Shown here: positions 24,769 to 26,725 of the stretch, piece after piece
Layout: each line of letters opens with the position of its first letter
How positions within the stretch are numbered: the first letter of the stretch is position 1
Origin: an uncultured Erysipelotrichaceae bacterium
GTDB taxonomy: Bacteria; Bacillota_I; Bacilli_A; Erysipelotrichales; Erysipelotrichaceae
Direction: 5' to 3'
Length of the DNA: 26,725 nt
Assembly: GCA_944325295.1 (NCBI GenBank)
Contig: CALUZL010000143.1
Location: 1-26,725 of the forward strand
Notes under the pieces: generated by a model
The model's input: only the letters and a program-made list of their open reading frames with translations
What the model was told of the DNA's origin: nothing
Databases searched by the model: none
Made by a program: the position numbers and the translations under genes

Positions 24769-25609
24769 GATTACCTCCAAGGGCAACTGCGAGATCTTGG
24801 ATACTGTAGATATTGTCAAGTTTTAGACCCTTGTCCATTAAGAGATCTTTAAGCTTGACGATCTTGGGTTCAATGATCGCATGGCTTTTTAAAAGCGCAC
24901 GATCTTCAAAGAAAGAATGCGCATCTTGTTTGCAGACGACCTTGCCGTCTTCCAAAAGTACGACTTCATCGGCACTTTCATAGACGATCTCGTTATCGTG
25001 AGTGACCAGGATGATCGTCTTGTGAAGTTTTTTATTCAAAGCGCTAAAAAGAGCGATCATCTCTTTAGTGCCGCGCGGATCAAGACCGGCTGTCGGTTCA
25101 TCCAAAACGATTATATCCGGATCAATGGCCAAGATCCCGGCGATCGCCGCTCGTCTTTTCTGACCGCCGCTTATATCCAAAGGACTGCGCTCATAGTAAG
25201 ATTCATCAAGACCGACAAGTCCTAATGCCTCCTTAGCACGAGCGATAGCTTCTTCTTCACTAAACCCGAAATTTTTCGGACCGAATGCGACATCCTTTAA
25301 GATCGTCTCTTCAAAAAGCTGATACTCGCTGAATTGAAAGACCAGGCCGACCTTTCTGCGAAGAGCTTTGAGACCCTTGGGTTTTTTATCGGAGGTTATC
25401 GTAAAATCAGCGATCGTAAGCGTACCGCTGCTTGGCAAAAGCAGGGCGTTTAAATGCTGGATCAGCGTCGACTTCCCGCTTCCTGTCTTACCGATGATCG
25501 CCGTGATCTTGCCCTCGCTTATCTCAAGGTCGATATCTGAGATCGCTTTTGTGGCATAGGGCATGTCCGGCGAATAGATATAACTCAATTTTTCAAACTT
25601 GATCGCCAT
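24761..25609 (-). CDS. ecfA2: ECF transporter ATPase A2
   Basis: GKTGSGKST, VFQFSEYQLFEET, ISGGQKRR and LDEPTAGLDP motifs. Confidence 0.95.
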   Translation of the reverse strand: MAIKFEKLSYIYSPDMPYATKAISDIDLEISEGKITAIIGKTGSGKSTLIQHLNALLLPSSGTLTIADFTITSDKKPKGLKALRRKVGLVFQFSEYQLFEETILKDVAFGPKNFGFSEEEAIARAKEALGLVGLDESYYERSPLDISGGQKRRAAIAGILAIDPDIIVLDEPTAGLDPRGTKEMIALFSALNKKLHKTIILVTHDNEIVYESADEVVLLEDGKVVCKQDAHSFFEDRALLKSHAIIEPKIVKLKDLLMDKGLKLDNIYSIQDLAVALGGNHE

Positions 25610-26415
25610 ATTTCCTCCGCCAGATCTTCGATCTTAGCTACATCCCTGATCATGATGCCTTTTTCCTTCAGGGCAAAAGCCACCTTATAGGTAAAGGGTA
25701 TATCTAGCCCGATGGCCTCTATCCCCTCTTTGTCTTTAAAGGTATCTTCCGGTCGACCGCTCTTATAGAGCTTGCCGTCATTTAAAACGATGACATAGTC
25801 GCTGTTTAAAGCTTCTTCGATATCATGAGTGATCGAGATGATCGTGAGCGCTCGATCGCTGTGCAGGTCATGGATCGTCTTTTTGATCTCTTCTTTACCT
25901 TTGGGATCAAGCATACTGGTAGCCTCATCGAAGATGATGATCTGTGGCTGCATCGCTAAAACCCCGGCGATCGCCACGCGCTGTTTCTGACCGCCGGAGA
26001 GGTTTGTCGGCTCTTTTTCCAGCTTATCTTTCATATCGACAAGGGCGGCATAGCGCTCGATGATCGCATCCATCTTTTCCGGATCGACACAATAGTTCTC
26101 AAGTCCAAAAGCGATATCTTCCCTGACACTTGAAGCTATGAACTGATTGTCGGGGTTTTGAAAGACGATGCCGAGTTTTCTTCTGATACTCTCGATGCTT
26201 CGCTCATTCAAGATCTCGCCATCGATTAAGATCTCACCGCTTTTAGCTACCAAAAGGCCGGAGATGAGCTTAGCGATCGTGCTTTTGCCAGAACCATTAT
26301 GACCCAAGATCGTTGTATAAGTACCTTTTTCAACCGCAAAACTTACGCCTTTAAGCGCATCGTTATCTTCCTCATAGGCAAAATAAACATCTTTGACTTC
26401 GACGACGTTTTTCAT
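25585..26415 (-). CDS. ecfA1: ECF transporter ATPase A1
   Basis: GHNGSGKST, VFQNPDNQF, LSGGQKQR and DEATSMLDP motifs. ATG 26415 preferred as start. Confidence 0.95.
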   Translation of the reverse strand: MKNVVEVKDVYFAYEEDNDALKGVSFAVEKGTYTTILGHNGSGKSTIAKLISGLLVAKSGEILIDGEILNERSIESIRRKLGIVFQNPDNQFIASSVREDIAFGLENYCVDPEKMDAIIERYAALVDMKDKLEKEPTNLSGGQKQRVAIAGVLAMQPQIIIFDEATSMLDPKGKEEIKKTIHDLHSDRALTIISITHDIEEALNSDYVIVLNDGKLYKSGRPEDTFKDKEGIEAIGLDIPFTYKVAFALKEKGIMIRDVAKIEDLAEEIWRSSLKN

Positions 26416-26435
26416 AATGCCCATATATAATACCA

Positions 26436-26725
26436 TTATTTTTCTGAATTATTCATCTTTTTGTCATCGCAAAATACGATCCGACCATAAGCCACAAGCC
26501 AAACACCGCCATACAACACCAAAAACACCGAAAGCGTTATGAGCACAAGCGGGATCATAAAAAAGGAGATATAGGGGATAAAGTTGCCAAACAACCAACA
26601 CACCGCTACAAAGATCAGAGCGATGATGATATCTATCCGCCAGCGTTTTAAGACAGTGCACAGATAACCGGGTCCAAAAAGATCATATTTTCGCATCATG
26701 TCGCCCGCAAGCCACAAGATCAGTG
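26436..26725 (-). CDS. Hypothetical membrane protein, possibly 5'-truncated by the window edge
   Basis: Frame is open to the edge. Two hydrophobic segments. Stop at 26436-26438. Confidence 0.55.
   Translation of the reverse strand, partial: LILWLAGDMMRKYDLFGPGYLCTVLKRWRIDIIIALIFVAVCWLFGNFIPYISFFMIPLVLITLSVFLVLYGGVWLVAYGRIVFCDDKKMNNSEK

Noticed and set aside
1639-25559. Many 60-180 aa antisense or alternate-frame ORFs inside the large genes
   Set aside because: Shadow ORFs of well-supported genes, with no motifs or RBS.
21855-26415. MATE, truA and ECF block as a novel system
   Set aside because: ecfA1-ecfA2-ecfT-truA is the standard Firmicutes arrangement, and absence of a local S component is normal for group II ECF modules.

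Overview
A 26.7 kb chromosomal window from a low-GC Gram-positive (Bacillota) bacterium. The gene content, GGAGG ribosome-binding sites and ecfA1-ecfA2-ecfT-truA block fit an Erysipelotrichaceae-like gut or rumen organism (inference). Almost all genes are on the minus strand. (i) 1-16343: a large amino-sugar utilisation region. A DUF3592-like membrane protein, a ceramidase-fold amidohydrolase, a membrane protein, PTS IIA, a Cof HAD and PatB form one unit. A second unit has mannose-family PTS IIC-IID-IIB, three tandem UPF0309-type SIS proteins (the first fused in frame to a membrane domain), murQ, a serine hydrolase, a nagA paralog, an MFS permease, a GH129-like glycosidase, ogt and the start of an aminopeptidase P. 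(ii) 16440-18720: an AT-rich accessory islet with a YjbR-EVE gene, a doubly frameshifted lipoprotein and an unannotated locus with the architecture of a par/Fst-like type I toxin-antitoxin system. (iii) 18716-26725: a PepSY protein, nagB-nagA, a MATE transporter and the ECF-truA operon. The best candidates for novel biology are the type I TA locus (18058-18335) and the three-SIS/MurQ/NagA/GH129 pathway. All family assignments come from motif recognition by eye; no database searches were run.
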